Positions 23,594 through 37,381 are shown, counted from the first letter of the whole stretch. The stretch is 54,479 nucleotides of DNA, filler included, from Sphacelaria rigidula (GCA_964200075.2; 5 parts of 5 records of this genome joined end to end with filler, not necessarily neighbours in it), one strand, 5' to 3'. Notes: a model not told the origin generated them from the letters alone. Program-made: numbers and translations.

Positions 23594-24553
23594 TGCTCCT
23601 CTTATGTCAAATAACCATGAAGACATTTTGTTTTTGAGACTCCAAACACGTCGGCATTGCCCGTTCGTTGAGTTGTAATGTCGACGTGGGAGGAATGTGG
23701 AGTTTCTGTATGTACATAGTTGATGGTCACCGCACGTTCAGCGCCAGCAGCATCAAGCACTACACTGTATAATGTGGTGGCATTGATTCACGACACCCGC
23801 AGGTGCAGTTTCGGTTCCTGACAGTGATCGGTTGTTTTCAAATGATCGATCAGAACGATTCTGACGCCGTCTTTTTGCAGGGGTGCAAGTCTGAGCCCCC
23901 CTCTTCTTCACTTACGAATGTGGTGTAGTGATGAAAACTATCTCGAGCTTCGAGGTTATGGATTTGGCATACTCTTAACCCTGCTATTTCCAGGCCAAAC
24001 TACTCCACACCAAACGAGTGCAATAGGGCGGGAAAAAAAAGTGCAGTACATCCATCTATCAGATATAGAGGGCGGGACGTGAGGACGTTGTACGGCGGTA
24101 AAAAGAAGCGGTATATGGCGAGTGCGGCCGGACGTTTTTTCGCGTTTCGGGTATACACCTCTCATCAGTCCGCATACGGAGACGCATCAGGGTGGTGCGA
24201 CATAATACCACGGCCGCACCCCACAACGCGTTAGAACGACAAGTGAATATTCGTAAAACTCGACAAATATATATTTCATCGGAAAAGATTCGCCCATCAA
24301 ATGGTGCGCTCGTATTTTCGATGGCTCAGTAGAGCTCAGCAAATCTTCACGGATACTCTGGACTCAGAAGCGCCTTTCAACCGACTCGAGTACTGACTGC
24401 GCACCAGCTTCCTCTCTTGGTCGGCACACGCCATTCACTGCGAAACTGAATGATACTGAAGCAATGCTTGTGCCATACAAGCAACAAATTTTCCGATACG
24501 AACGGCTCGGCACTATTTTTCGCGACTCTCAGCATGTTTCAATCAACTCAGGA

Positions 24554-24931
24554 CACTTTCTGCGATAGCCCCCCCCTAGAAAAAAGTTACTTGGTGATTG
24601 AGTGCGAGCCTGTTCCGGTGAAACTCCGGCGTGCTCCGTCCCGGCTTTGAAGGTGTGCGAGGCCAATGGTCTTGTGGCTATGGCATGCATGGTCATGAGT
24701 ACACCCCCCAAAAGTGACTGATTTGGGGAGGCAAAATATACACGTAAATCGAAGTGAAGAAAATAGTCGAGCACGACGAGCAGCTGGGAATTCCCACGCT
24801 TGGGTTTGTTTTCGCCAATGTCGCCCATATGAGGTGCTTCATGCAGCCTGAAACCAAACATCAGGCGCTGTGTGACCCTTTTCTTCGTGACAGTTTAAGG
24901 CTGGTTATTGGGGGGGCTATCGCAGGAAGTG
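24554..24931. mobile_element. MITE, CACTTTCTRCGATAGCCCCC-TIR family
   Basis: CACTTTCTGCGATAGCCCCCCC ... GGGGGGGCTATCGCAGGAAGTG|TA; TA on the right flank is compatible with Tc1/mariner. Confidence 0.8.
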
Positions 24932-26495
24932 TATCAATTTCAGTTCGACATGATTTCCGTGTGTGGTCTCTGTTACCACATTTCACTTGGCTCTCGACTG
25001 GCGGTTACTCGGCTGTGACCACGACTGACCGCAACTCCTCACTGGTGTGTCCGACTATGAACATGAGAAAGAGTCTGACTCGCACGACAACGGTTCTGTA
25101 CAACTACACGAAAAAACGTGACAGAAAATGACGTTTTCGGATCGTCAGGAATGAACGCCGCGAGTGTAGCACGATACCGAGATAGCTCGGATTGGCCAAC
25201 GAGAGGCACTTCACCCTCACCTCCCTGATCGATACATTGCTGTAAATGGTGTTGCATCCCATACACAGCAAGACGGAACGCACGAGAAAGCTTTTGGCGT
25301 CTCGGCAGACCGCGGGTCAGGATATATATCCGAGTTTCGTTTTTTTTTTTCACGAGGCATGCCAAACTCTGATGATCCCGTGCGAGTGCGCTGCCCGTTG
25401 ATTCCAGGCGCGTATTTGCGCGTCGTACGCTTCGAGCAAAGTAGTTGAATATAAGGCTGAGCGATTTCCCACCCAGTCAAGGAGAAGACAAGGGGCAAAA
25501 AACGCTGAAAAATACAGAAGAGACAAACGTGGCGGTCACTGCAAAAAATATTACCGTATTTTGTAGTCCCGTAGGCATACCTTCTAACGTGCACCAAACG
25601 TACCGTAAGGTGGTCCTTGAAAACACGGCTAGCACTATACACGCACGGGTGCGCAGAAGTTAATGGGCCGAGCCCGTGACACCCTGTCAACCACAACGCA
25701 TGCGCCAAGGGTTGTGTGGATTCACCTCAACTCGTTATCGACCACGACAGACACACTATAGCTGCAGCCAGCAGTGCGTCACTTCCCGCCGAGAGCAGCT
25801 ATATAAGCATCAGAGGCGGTACAGCTAGTGTGTACTCACATGAACTTCCACGCGTACTACCCAAAACATCGTACCATCCCAGCAATCACCACGGGATACA
25901 TCGGTACGTACAGATTTATGCAGATTGTGCCCTACACTAACGATCATGACTGATAGAAATTCGAGACAGATGCTCAAAAGCACTGAGGTTGCGGTTAGCA
26001 AAATGCTTCCTTTCCACGACGGCATGCAGCTTGCAACCCTCATTCAGACACGGAACTACCGACATCAACACAGTAAGTGTGTTCGTACGGCTGCAAAAAC
26101 GCTCGTCGTGGGCTCGCGTTTATTGCGAGGATGCTGCCTATGCTCCGGTACGTTTGGGTGCTGCTGCCATCTTACGCGACTGACACCACTGCGCACGGAA
26201 AAAAACAACAAAATCAAGGCCTTTTGAACGCCTGCACTTCCGTGGGAAGTGTCCTCTGCCGGTGTCAAATGCGTGAGATGCGTCGCTATCCTACCCTCTT
26301 TTTATGGCGCCTAGTGCTATGCAGGCTGGGTGTGCCTGACATTTATTAGACCAAGTGTGGTTATTGTGGCAGATGAGGATTCAAACCAACTGTTCCGCAG
26401 CCCCCGTGTCAGTTCTGACCTCCACCACACCCCGGTGTGATTCGAAACATCCCGGAAGACACCACGAGACATCAACGAACTCGCGCAGTCGCCTC

Positions 26496-27487
26496 AGGCC
26501 GCTCCTCATGGCAGACAAGAAGTGAAAAACTCTCGGAAAGTGCGTTTTTGGAGCTTCTACGTCGTTTTACGACCCAACAGAGAGATAGGAGAATTTTAAC
26601 CCCTTGGGATACCTCGCTGTACTCATTGACACACTTGTATTTTTCTCGGAGACCGGTCAAGTCCAGGAAAGTCTACGAGTTTTTCCTATGGTCGCAACTG
26701 TTTTCTTGCCCAAACTTGCATCTTTCTGGGAGACCAGTCATTGTTCTCGGAGACCGGTCAAGTCCAGACAAATCTCGGAAATGTTTTTGGACTTGAGGCC
26801 GCTCCTTAGAATAGACAAGAATAAAAGTCCGGAAAAGTGTCTTTTGGGAGCTTTTACGTCGTTTTACGCCCCAAAATAGAGCTAGGCGGAATTTGATACC
26901 TTCGAATGATTTACTCTACTAGTTGAGGCGGTTCCAGGATATCTTCCCGTTTTCCGGTGGCCACAGTTTCTAGTTTGGTCACACAAGAATTTTCGTCCAG
27001 GAACGGTGAAAAACAGTAAAGTCCACAGAAAAGTGGCATTTGCTTCTGGAATTGACTGTTACCGTTTCTGGACAAAATTTCTTGTTTGGCCAAAACGAAA
27101 ACTGTGGCCACCGGAAAACGGGAACATGTCCTGACACCGCCTCAACTAGTAGAGCAAGTCATTCCAAGGTCTCAAACTCCGCCTCGCTCTCTTTTGGGGC
27201 GTAAAACGACGTAAAAGCTCCAAAGACACGTTTCCAGATTTTTATTCTTGTCTATTATAAGAAGCAGCCTGACCGATCTTCGAAAAAAATGCAAGTTTAG
27301 GCAAGAAAAAAACTGCGGCCACCGGAAAAACGCACAGGTGAGCTGGAACCATCTTAATGAGTACAACAAGGCATTCCAGGGTGTCAAAATCCGCCTAGCT
27401 CTCTTTTAGGGCTCAAAACGGTGTAAAAGCTCCCAAACAGCACTTTTCCAGGTTTTCATTTTTTGTTTTGCCATAAGGAGCGGCCTC
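26496..27487. mobile_element. ~1-kb foldback-type element with modular inverted arms
   Basis: AGGCCGCTCC... at 26496 and again at 26796; mirrored modules at 27100-27270 and 27350-27487 ending GGAGCGGCCTC; symmetry centre near 27030. Confidence 0.8.
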
Positions 27488-28879
27488 GGAACTAGAAAAC
27501 TGCTGGAAAGTTTCAGAGGCCCCAGGTAGTGATGCTAGGAACACAGGTATCTGAGTAGAATTTGACCTCAACGGTTTCGGACCTTCCTACAGAGGGTTTC
27601 ATCAGGTTCCCTCAGCAAATACTCGTCGCAGCGGCGATTCCAGTCTTGATGTCTTCGTGAAAATCAATCTTTGTATGGTCATTACTCATGGGGTATGCAG
27701 GACAAGCTGGTAGTTGAGCCTCTAGTCCGCACTCCCACGCCGACGCACCCCCTACACAGCGAGAGAAATGCATGTCAACACCACTGACGGTTACCATTCC
27801 AAAAAGAGTCAACCCGAGTGATGCCGTACGAAAATTCAATCTAGCTACGATTTTGTCGGACCAGAGCGATATGGACGTGATATTTCTAAACACGCGGGCT
27901 ACCATAATATGACATCGAAAGAAGACGCAAACAGACACTGGTCGAGGAATAACTGGCTCGCGTGTTATCCGACATGCGCACGTTTTGTCGTTAGTATCTA
28001 TTGCAGTGTAGATGGTTGTAGTCTTGTGCACCGTCGTTTTTTGTGCCCTGGGCATCCATTATACCAATGACTACACAATTTAATCAAGCAATCGAAGAAA
28101 GTAAACGACACCTATTTCAATAATCTTTCTCTGTTGTCTTATCCAGCCAACGAGTCATATCTGCCAGCAAAGCTATGACCTTCCCGAGAGTACTCTCTAC
28201 ATCGAGTCCTGTATGATACTGCGGACTGTGATTTTCTCTCTGAACCTTGAATACTCCCAAAATGTCACTATTTTCGCTGCATGTACCCCGCTTCGTGAAT
28301 TTTGCGCCACCTTCCTCTTTTTTTCCGCTAATTCTTTGCGGATCTACGCAATTCCATACTGAGTTGAGATCTGTACCCATGTAGTACGATCAAGTCAAGT
28401 AGTTTGGGGAGGCTGTAACAAAGCTGGGAAAACTATTTTTCCTGCTTGCTTATCTACAGCTGTGAGCAGTATGCTCCGTACTCATATTTCCAACAAGATT
28501 ATTTCGGAATTTGGGATTTTTCAAATCTAAGCGGTCTTGGTTCAACAACGCGCTATCCATAAATTGACGCATTCGCCCTATTGCTGTTCTCAGTGTTTTG
28601 CTTTAAAATAAAGCCCAGACAAGAAAGTCAAGTGGACCCCCGGGAGGGGGGGTTGCAGCAAACACAGGGCGACACGCTGGTTGAATCTCCGTGATCACAA
28701 CATACTCAACATATCTCAGGGTCGATGGCAGCGTCAAATGAGGCTGGTGAGTCGAAGATTCCCCCGGACATTCTTCACGCCAGTCCCCACTCCAAATCAA
28801 CCTACCCGGGTCTCTCTACTACACAGTATTTTCTCGTTATTCCCTTCGCTCAAGTACAGTAGCATGCACGTGCTTTCAC

Positions 28880-29640
28880 AGTGGGCAGCTTGCCCGCGAC
28901 TGGTATACCACCTGCCCCGGCCAACAGCTTCGGAAGCAAAAGGTCCATACCGCAGCATGTCGGGCAGTGGGGAGCTGGCGGTAAAGAGAGGCTAACAGTA
29001 TGCCACGCCAGGACGACCCCACCACCCTATAGTAATTTGTACTCATGGAACGGAGATTCCTCGGCATCGAGACTTGCTTACACTGCAGGGGCCCAGGTCG
29101 ACCAACACCAGCCGCTGATCGACGAACTAGCGGCGCCTTGCAAGCGGCTGGGAATTGAGACACCGGTAAAAGATGGAAACCTCTTCACGACATGCAGGGG
29201 CTACCGGATGAACAAGGTCATCACGGCGGGGGAACTGAGGAATATATCCGGCCATAACTAACGGTAGAAGGATCCCCTGAAGGATGTGATACACGCTGGA
29301 CCCCGGTCGGCGGAATACCTCCAGCGCGATCTCGTGGAACCATCGGCAGTCTGCAGCCACAACCTCCGAGCACGTGAAAGCGCACACGAGGCCCGTCAAG
29401 GATGAATCCTTCGAACAGCGCAGCTCTAGACTCATCACCCTAGCGTTGGAAAGCTATGGGCGTCTCGAAAACAGTGAGGAGGAACTACTCGACCAAGCAA
29501 CTACCAGCGAATGTCGTTGCGAACCCCAGAAGCCAAACCTGAGCTTGTCATGGTCGCAAGGCAAAGGAAACATCAACTTCCACCACGCGCTACGGGCGGG
29601 AAGGATTACACAGGCAGACAGACACTCGAAACGTTAAGGC
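28880..29640 (+). pseudogene. Decayed C-terminal restriction-like endonuclease (RLE) region of a CRE/R2-group non-LTR retrotransposon
   Basis: Ordered motifs AGAQVDQHQPL, YRMNKVI, LKDVIHA, SFEQRSSRLITLALESYGRL...LLDQ match the RLE order RH/QH, RxD, DVT, (L/P)AxE(S/T)xG; in-frame stops and a frameshift. Confidence 0.7.
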
Positions 29641-30445
29641 GCGGCTGACAGGATGATACTCGGAAGTCAACATGCACTACTGCTCGAGCCAGGCCTTGAC
29701 GATTTGCAGAATGTTTTGAAGTTTTGGCGATTGCGCAGGAAAAAGAGCGGGGGCAATTTTGTGTGCGTAGCAAAAATCAGTGGAGTTTACTTCCGCGCAT
29801 ACACGGTTGATTTTGGATATGAGAAATTCCACCCACCAGGTCCTCTTTTCTGTTCCGAAATCAGATTTCTGTCGTCTATCGTCGTCGATCATTTTGTTCA
29901 TCAGAAATAGCCGCTCACACCTCCGTCACGACGGCGAATTTCGCAGAACTACGCATACATTTCGAAAGCTGGCGTGCACATACACCGATTCACCCTCCTA
30001 AGCTCATGTCAAGTGACCACTCACAGAAGAAGGGAGCGTGGGAGGACGTTTTTCTGGTGGTACACGCATCCCACCACCCCTCTCCATTCTGATATTTCGC
30101 CCACATTGCCAACATTGCCAACATTACACTTTGCTACAATTTCCAAGATACACGAACCAATGGTTATATTTTTCGATCACTCTACATATTTCCGCTGCCT
30201 TTCCATGCTAACCCTTCCGTGTCCAGGTTCTCGCCTTGCGGGGGACCGGCATCAGACCTCGTATGCAGAGGAACTGAAATACATGTGGCCCACCACCTTC
30301 CTTTCCAGCACTATCTTCCTTTCGCCAACACTCTTATTGTGACAACTTGGCCAATATATCATCTTCTGGACTAACAGAGGTATCTTTCGGAAGCTCTACA
30401 TGCTTCCGTCACCGTTCCATGTTTTCCGTTGCGTGCCACTTCGAA

Positions 30446-30827
30446 TGTGTGTTTCGTGTGTGTTGTGTGAGTTGTGTGAGTTGTCATCTCATCTATTCTG
30501 GACACCAGTCTACACCTTTCGGGTATATGTGATATCATCAGCCGGAGTCACACGGGAGGAAATTCAACACAGGAGGTGTTTATTCTCCCCTCTCCACCGT
30601 TCATTTGCGGCGCTTGCCTTTCTTTTTATCGTAAGAAGGATTGGGCGATCCCTTTCCCTCGTCGACCGTGAAGTCAAACTTTGTGTACTCTGGAAATAGC
30701 CGCTCTCCACGGTTGGGAACGATGTTGGAAAAATCCCATGCAGTGAGACTTCACCGAGATTCAAACCCATGTCGAAACCGTTAGAAGGGTGTCGAGGTTA
30801 CCAACTGAGTTACCAGGGAAACCGGCT
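30446..30827 (-). mobile_element. SINE family 1, full-length copy
   Basis: Head GCCGGTTTCCCTGGTAACTCAGTTGGTA...GGTTTGAATCTC, shared body, CACACAA-type tail; no TSD seen. Confidence 0.8.
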
Positions 30828-32649
30828 GATAACGAGATTTGCGCTCAGGCTCCATCATGTCTCCGCCAGAAGAGGAATGTGAGCCCTGGTTCGTTTCGCT
30901 TCTCTCGTGCCCACCTCTTTTTCATGTATCGGAATCCCTCCACACTGACACGGCGCGCGGAGTTCATTCCAACGGCCACGTGTAGTTACGGTGTGGTGAG
31001 TCCACAGGTATTCGTACATGCACTGCAGTGTCGATGTCGAAAACTTACGGAAATCAATCAGAGCCCAAGAACACACCACGTGTGCAGATCGAAGGATATG
31101 TGAACTTTGGGGGTGTTATCCCGCATCATCACAATCAAGTGGTTCGAAATTCAAACATGTCAATCAGAGCCACATCACGCGCTCAGTTCATGCAATGTTG
31201 TCTATGCGTCACCTGTAGTTTGAACCACCCGAAACCTATGGCATGTATTTCGAGAACGACCCATACCCAAGTCTATCTTCTCGTGATGCAGAACATGCAA
31301 AGCAGACTGGGAATTCAAAAAATGTTACACAGACCAGTTGTAGTTCGGTATACGAGTGTGCCGAGAGGGGAATTGTCGGATGCTTGTGCAGAGACTAGAC
31401 GTTGTGCTTCTGATAAACTTAGCAGGTGAGTTGAAATATCTTTCTGGCTTACCTCGGGGGGGCGTAGATCATTTTGAGTCTGCGTAAAGCTGAGCGCGAT
31501 GCTCTCGGGCGCTGCTTCCCACAAGGGCTGCTGCTGCATCTTTGGTGAACCGTACAAGTGGAGCACAGTACACTGTGCGCGCAGTGAAATCCGGCATAGA
31601 CCTTGTCATCATCCATCGTGCGCTCCAAGGATAACACAGTGAGTGAACCTCGATGGACTCAGTTCACCTGCGCAGTGAATTGGAGAGACAAAGGTGAGCC
31701 ACATATTTTTGTGAGTGTATGTCCTCGGTCTATGTTCATGTGTGTGTATGTTTTCTCGGAGAATCGAGAGCGTAGGGATTGGAGGAGAATATCTATGCTG
31801 TCCGCGTTACCGTGGGTTCTTGCTCTGGAGTGCTCACGATCATGTTGGGCGCATGAGCCCATGATGTTCATGTTTGCGGGTAGGCTTGGGGATGGAAGGT
31901 GCAAGCAGTGTTCGTGCTGTAGAATCGCTTCATGCCTGCATATTCGAAGACCCCGGATGTGACTCCTTTCCATGTCTACTATACCGTAGACCCCGTGTAC
32001 TTTTCATCTTCCCTCGTCATTCGATTCTTGGGTCAAAGGATAGATACCTATGGTAGGTGACGGGCTATAACACCCCCTCCCACAATAGTTTTCACCTCGA
32101 GATCTTCTCAATAAAGACCCCGTTTGGGAACAAGTAGAATTTCAATATGTATCGTATTTTCCTTCCATGGAGATGATGTTCTCTGTGTGACGACCGTCGT
32201 TGCCGGTGAAATTAAATTTGGAGAACAAAGTCATCACCGCGGGTGATGCAGTACTCTCGCGGTACCTACCCGCTTACCGCTCAGCCGACCCCGAAGGCTG
32301 TGTTGTAGGGCTGTGAACTGGACCAGGTAATTCTGCCGTTTATACTGGAACTGGAGTTAGACTGGAAGTGACGACGGGGGTGCCAGTTGTGCAGATTATT
32401 TGAGGTTTGCCGCTGCCGGCTACTTCTATACCATTTTAGTTCCGTGTACTTGAAACAAAGATGCAACGACTAGTTCAAGCGCAGGGAATATTTGTGACGA
32501 AGACTCGCAACTCGCTGATCCCCAAGCACGTTATACTGTCGATTTTCTTGCGTTGCACTTGGCAAGTTGCAGAGGAATATGGGGTATCACTTGAGAGACT
32601 CTGGATCTATCTTATTTTATTTTGGTTTCTTCTGCTAGCCTGTGACCAC

Positions 32650-32749
32650 NNNNNNNNNNNNNNNNNNNNNNNNNNNNNNNNNNNNNNNNNNNNTTAATTA
32701 ATTAANNNNNNNNNNNNNNNNNNNNNNNNNNNNNNNNNNNNNNNNNNNN
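32650..32749. other. Artificial contig linker
   Basis: 44 N + TTAATTAATTAA + 44 N. Confidence 0.98.
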
Positions 32750-32778
32750 CTCTCTTTATTCGCCACCGCCCAAAAGAA

Positions 32779-32780
<2 letters not shown>

Positions 32781-32820
<40 letters not shown>
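32781..32820. repeat. Poly-G run (40 nt)
   Basis: Directly visible, near a contig end. Confidence 0.9.
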
Positions 32821-32821
<1 letters not shown>

Positions 32822-33279
32822 AACCCTGACCATATACCTATCCATCTGTGATTCTTCTTTTTTTGTGGGTGCAGGAAGATCGGAACCGTGACGGGCTCTT
32901 ACTGGATTATTTTGTAGCGAAGAAACGCCCAAGAACTAGTCCGCATCGCCAACAGGGAAGAACTGACGGACGCTGCTCGCGAGGGCACATGCTGAGTGGT
33001 CAAGGAACGTTTGGCTCCATTTTCAGGCCAGGGGCATGGTCACTGCCTCGACTAGATATATTACAATATTTGCGTTCAGGAACGCATGCCGGATGCGGCA
33101 GCAAGACTGCTGGCAGCGGAGGATTGTCGGAATATTCACCTCCGTTTAGGTGCTGCAACCTTTTCATGACACCACGAGAGCCATACTTCCACCGAGATGC
33201 ATTTTGCCCTGAAATTCGATCTTATAAGCGTGCCCTTTTTCGTCAAAGATTTCTATAATAGTCAGGAAATTCTGAAAAA

Positions 33280-33482
33280 AATATGTATATATATATATAT
33301 ATATGAATAAATAAACTAATTAATAAAAGATTGTTTGAGGATGGATGGTCGGATGGTTGAGGATAGATGGTTGATTTTATTTTTACGAAAGTACGCTAGG
33401 ATTACTACTTTTATAATTATTAATTAATATTAATTAATTAATTGAATGGATGGATGGATGGATGGTTGGTTGGTCGGATGAA
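33280..33482. repeat. (AT)n, (TAAT)n and (GGAT)n microsatellite cluster
   Basis: Directly visible. Confidence 0.85.
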
Positions 33483-34305
33483 TTTTATTTTATTTTTTGG
33501 ACAAGGGAAAGACAATATCAATTGATGCGTATATACGCAAGCAAACGATGTCTTGGACGCTGCCAGGAACCTGTTTGCAGTTCTCCGCATTTCGACCATA
33601 ACGCAATTTCTCCACTCACGCCTACCCAAATTCAGCATCTAGCAGCTTCAGCCGCGTGTGGTTTGTCACGTGTGTACATGGTTTCGGGTTTGAAGCGTAC
33701 ACAGCGCGAATGATGAGCAACGTTTGAATGTTATGCCCTACAGCTTAGGTTTTCTCCAGCTGCTATATATAATAGAGTACCCCGGCCGGCCTCTGTGGTT
33801 CAAGATAGCGGGAAAATTTTGTTCTTGTGAGATGGGTCATGATCTAGCCGACCTTCCCACATGACTCGATCGGATTACTTCGTTTTTGTTTCATAAAGCT
33901 CCTTTACATATTTTCCCTACGATATGCGTTATCACGCGTAAACATGCCGAATTAGTGTGCGTGTGTGATAAACGGTCATGGAGAACCTACAACAAAGGAA
34001 AGACTCGTGCAGCTGTTCCGGAACACGGGTCCCGAGAGTTTGAAGAGAAATATGGAATCGAAAAAATACAAAATTTAAAACGCCACTAGATGTATCACAG
34101 GGCCACGAACAGCGATACGTCCAAAACGACCGTCGAAATCGCAACACGGAAGAGACCTTACTCACGAGACACAAGCTCTGAAACATCTACACGCACCGGG
34201 GATTATATAGAATTGGGATGGTCAGCTGCTCCGTGTGCGCCTAAACGGCAAATCTCGTAGTACTCTCCAGCGAAGGAGGAGTCGCAAGAAACACGGCAGG
34301 ATACA

Positions 34306-34308
34306 ATG
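34306..34308 (+). CDS. SERBP1: ATG-only first coding exon of the Stm1/SERBP1-like gene
   Basis: ACA-ATG|GTGAGT consensus donor; phase 0 join to 35634 gives MATFNPFGALDSDDE. Confidence 0.65.
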
Positions 34309-35633
34309 GTGAGTTCCAAGCGCATCGATCACAAATATAAAACTATCACATTCATACTATGCTCATCAAATATGCTTTATATTTACGACCAAAGCAGTGG
34401 AGACGCGAGGGCCTTGTATACGAAGGGCGAGCACACACCACATGCTGTGGTCTGCGATTGCTGCGTTCAGGACATGTTGTTTTCCGAAGGGTGCATAGTG
34501 CAAGGGGTTTGCCTCACACACCGTTTTCTTAAGAGAGGAAGCCTCGTCGTGTGTGGCTCATCGTCTGCCACAGTTCATGTGTTGCTGGTGGCACTGTTAT
34601 TTACATGTAATCGACGCTCTCTTGAAAAATGACTTCTCTCGAGTCGGCTGACCATGACTGGCTCCAGAGAAGGGTAAGACCTCTTTGTATGTACACAACA
34701 GTATGAGGGCATGTGCTGTCTTGATACGGAGGTTCTCGCATGTGAGCAGGATAGGCGATCACAAGAAAGGACGGTGGGTGGCACTGCACTTTGTAGCCCT
34801 GTTGTACGTGTTGCGATGAGCTACATAACACGCCGCTGAACGTCTGCGCAGGGGCACATCCGGTTTCCCTCGACCCAAACTTCCTCCAGCCGACCGATTT
34901 TCGATTTTTGATTTGCGCGCCGCCCTGCGAAAGTCATTTGTCCGGGAGTGCATCTCAGCTCCCGCAGAGGCTAGCGCCGCAGAACCACGGAAATTTCAAG
35001 GGTGAGGTATCTTGGGACCAAAGTTGCACACACTCGACACCCCTTCATGCGTCTGCAGTTGTGGTCCAAATGCGCCGACTTCACGTTGCTTCGCGTATTC
35101 ATGCGGTCTGTGTGGGTATGGTTGATTCGGCCGTGTGTACAACCGGGGCTGGAGCACCTTATGTTTTGATATCAGGTTTCCCTGTGTGTTTCAACTTGGT
35201 GTTTGTTGGACTTGCAATACAGCAGATGGCTAGCATCTTCGCCGCCCTCAACAGACTCGAGATTCTGCCATCACCAAAGAACAGCAGAGGACTATGAGTA
35301 TACCAAGGCAACACGCAACCTTTTACCCATTACACAAGCATAACCTGCCGACATCAACCGCTGCCTTCAATCTGCCACAAGTGGTGTCGCACCCTCATAT
35401 AGCATGAGGGGTATTTGTACCCCTGGCAGTCATTCCCATATTGTAGCCCCCATATTGAAACCGATCTCCGAAAACAACTCGAAAAAGAAATCGAACAGCA
35501 CCCTCTCCCTCACACCGCACACTTGACCCTCCACAGCTTCTGACAAGGATACCTCCTGCCCCCACCCACAACTTTCAATCAAACTCAACGCAGCCCCACT
35601 TCATAACAAATAACAAACCATCTCTTCTCACAG

Positions 35634-35968
35634 GCCACATTCAACCCATTCGGTGCCCTAGACTCCGACGATGAGGGCGATGCCCCAAAGGTGAGCACTA
35701 CCACCACCAAGAAAGCTAGCACTGGTGGCAAGTCCGGCAAGGCCTCTCCCCCAGCCGGCACTAAAGGTGACGGAAGCTCGAGGCCAGACAGGCAGCCCCG
35801 TAGAGAGGGCGGTCGCGGCGGCGGCAGGGGCGGTGGACGCTTCGAAGGCGGAAGGGGCGGCCGCGGTGGTGGCTATGGTGGCCGCGGGCGCTTTGACGGC
35901 GGCGGAGGCGGAGAGCGCAATGGGCTGGAGCGTGAGAGCTTTGACGACCGCCGCCGGGAGCGTGGAGG
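35634..35968 (+). CDS. SERBP1: Stm1/SERBP1/HABP4-family RGG RNA/ribosome-binding protein, exon 2
   Basis: CTCACAG acceptor; ATFNPFGALDSDDE (Stm1_N-type NPF motif) plus RGG repeats; donor GG|GTGAGC, phase 2. Confidence 0.9.
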
Positions 35969-37381
35969 GTGAGCGTAGTTGAGGGTCAAGAGTGAGGTCT
36001 GATCGTAGTTCGAACTTGTCGGTGATCTCCGGGGGCACGGGGAAAGGTGGTTTGTCGCGCGCTCCTCAGGGTCGAAGGCAGGCGTGTTGTTCCATCTCGT
36101 GGGGTCCACTTTCCAGGAGGGGAATGATCGTGCGGAACTCTATGTACTGCAGAGTCCGAGATGGGCCCGACGAAATTGCAACAATTGCTTCTGGGGTGCG
36201 TGCAGAGAGGGGGGGAGGAGTCGAAATGGTGGTCCGTAGTTCGATGAGCCCGTCACGTGTGTGAACGATGTCGCGCAGATGCCGCGGGTCGATGTCCATG
36301 ATTGCCTGGTGCGGGTCCCGATGCATGTCACACTACTGTAGTCTACTGTCTGTTGTCAACACTTCATTCAAGTACTGTAAGTATAATCCACTGTGGTTTC
36401 CTCTGCACTCGTTCCGCCGACCGAAAACTTCACGGTACTGTACTGTTCTGTATTACATCTATACTGTACTCTACTATACTCTACTGTACTTGTGTGGTCG
36501 GGTGTGTTGTGGATATGCGTGTCTGCCCCAAACTGGAACAAAAAAAGCTGTGCGCGGCCGTGTCATGCTTGCCTCGCGAAAACTTGGTCCGTCGGGCCTC
36601 AGAATGGCGTGTCTTCATGAGGCTGTGCTTCACGTTGTCTGCATTCCATGCTTGTGAAGGAAGGGTGGGCTGCATTCATGGAGTATCGCGTACGTGACGT
36701 ACTTGATCTCTCTTGGTGAGATGGTACTTGAAGCTTGTCAGTCGTAATGATGATCTCTCTCGCTTACAGCGCGAATGTACACAAAATCCTCTTGGCAGTG
36801 TGTCCAAAGGCGCTATGACGGTGACTGTTTGGAGGCAATAACAGGTGGGGCCTATTCTTTGGTCGCGGCTGTGCACAGCACGGTACTTGATGCCGTGTTC
36901 AATGGCGTCATTGTAGGACGTAAATACAGGGGGTCAGTATAATTGCCGCCCATGAACACTCTGCCTATTTTTCGCCTGTCCTGCTGCTACTGTTGGTGTC
37001 ATGACATCAACTGCAGTTGCAAAGCACGGGAGAGTACATATCCACGTTACATGCACACGTACTCTGCAGCCTCCTCTCGAGTCTTGCCTTGACTGCTACT
37101 CGTGGTCAATCTCTGTCGCAGGTCTTGCGCGTCATGCAGTCAGTATCGATCGCCCACTAGCAAGCTGTTTTTTTGCCATGTTGGCTAGATGGGCGTCTCC
37201 CCCTTTGTAGACATCGGGAGTTGGTGTCATCCTCCACTGCATGGGCTCGCTGTTGTATATGTGCCCTTTGCTTTCTTTATTCATGTATCAATGCAACAAC
37301 GGCACAACAGCATGTAACCTTGAACTTTGATTTTTCTCGGTATGTTGCTGCTCTATGTCATGGGTCGTGACCCCTCTTCAG

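Noticed and set aside
27540..28460. Minus-strand exon-like ORFs (27612-28055, 28117-28380; also 31445-31670)
   Set aside because: Stops interrupt all frames, no recognisable domain, no consistent splice chain
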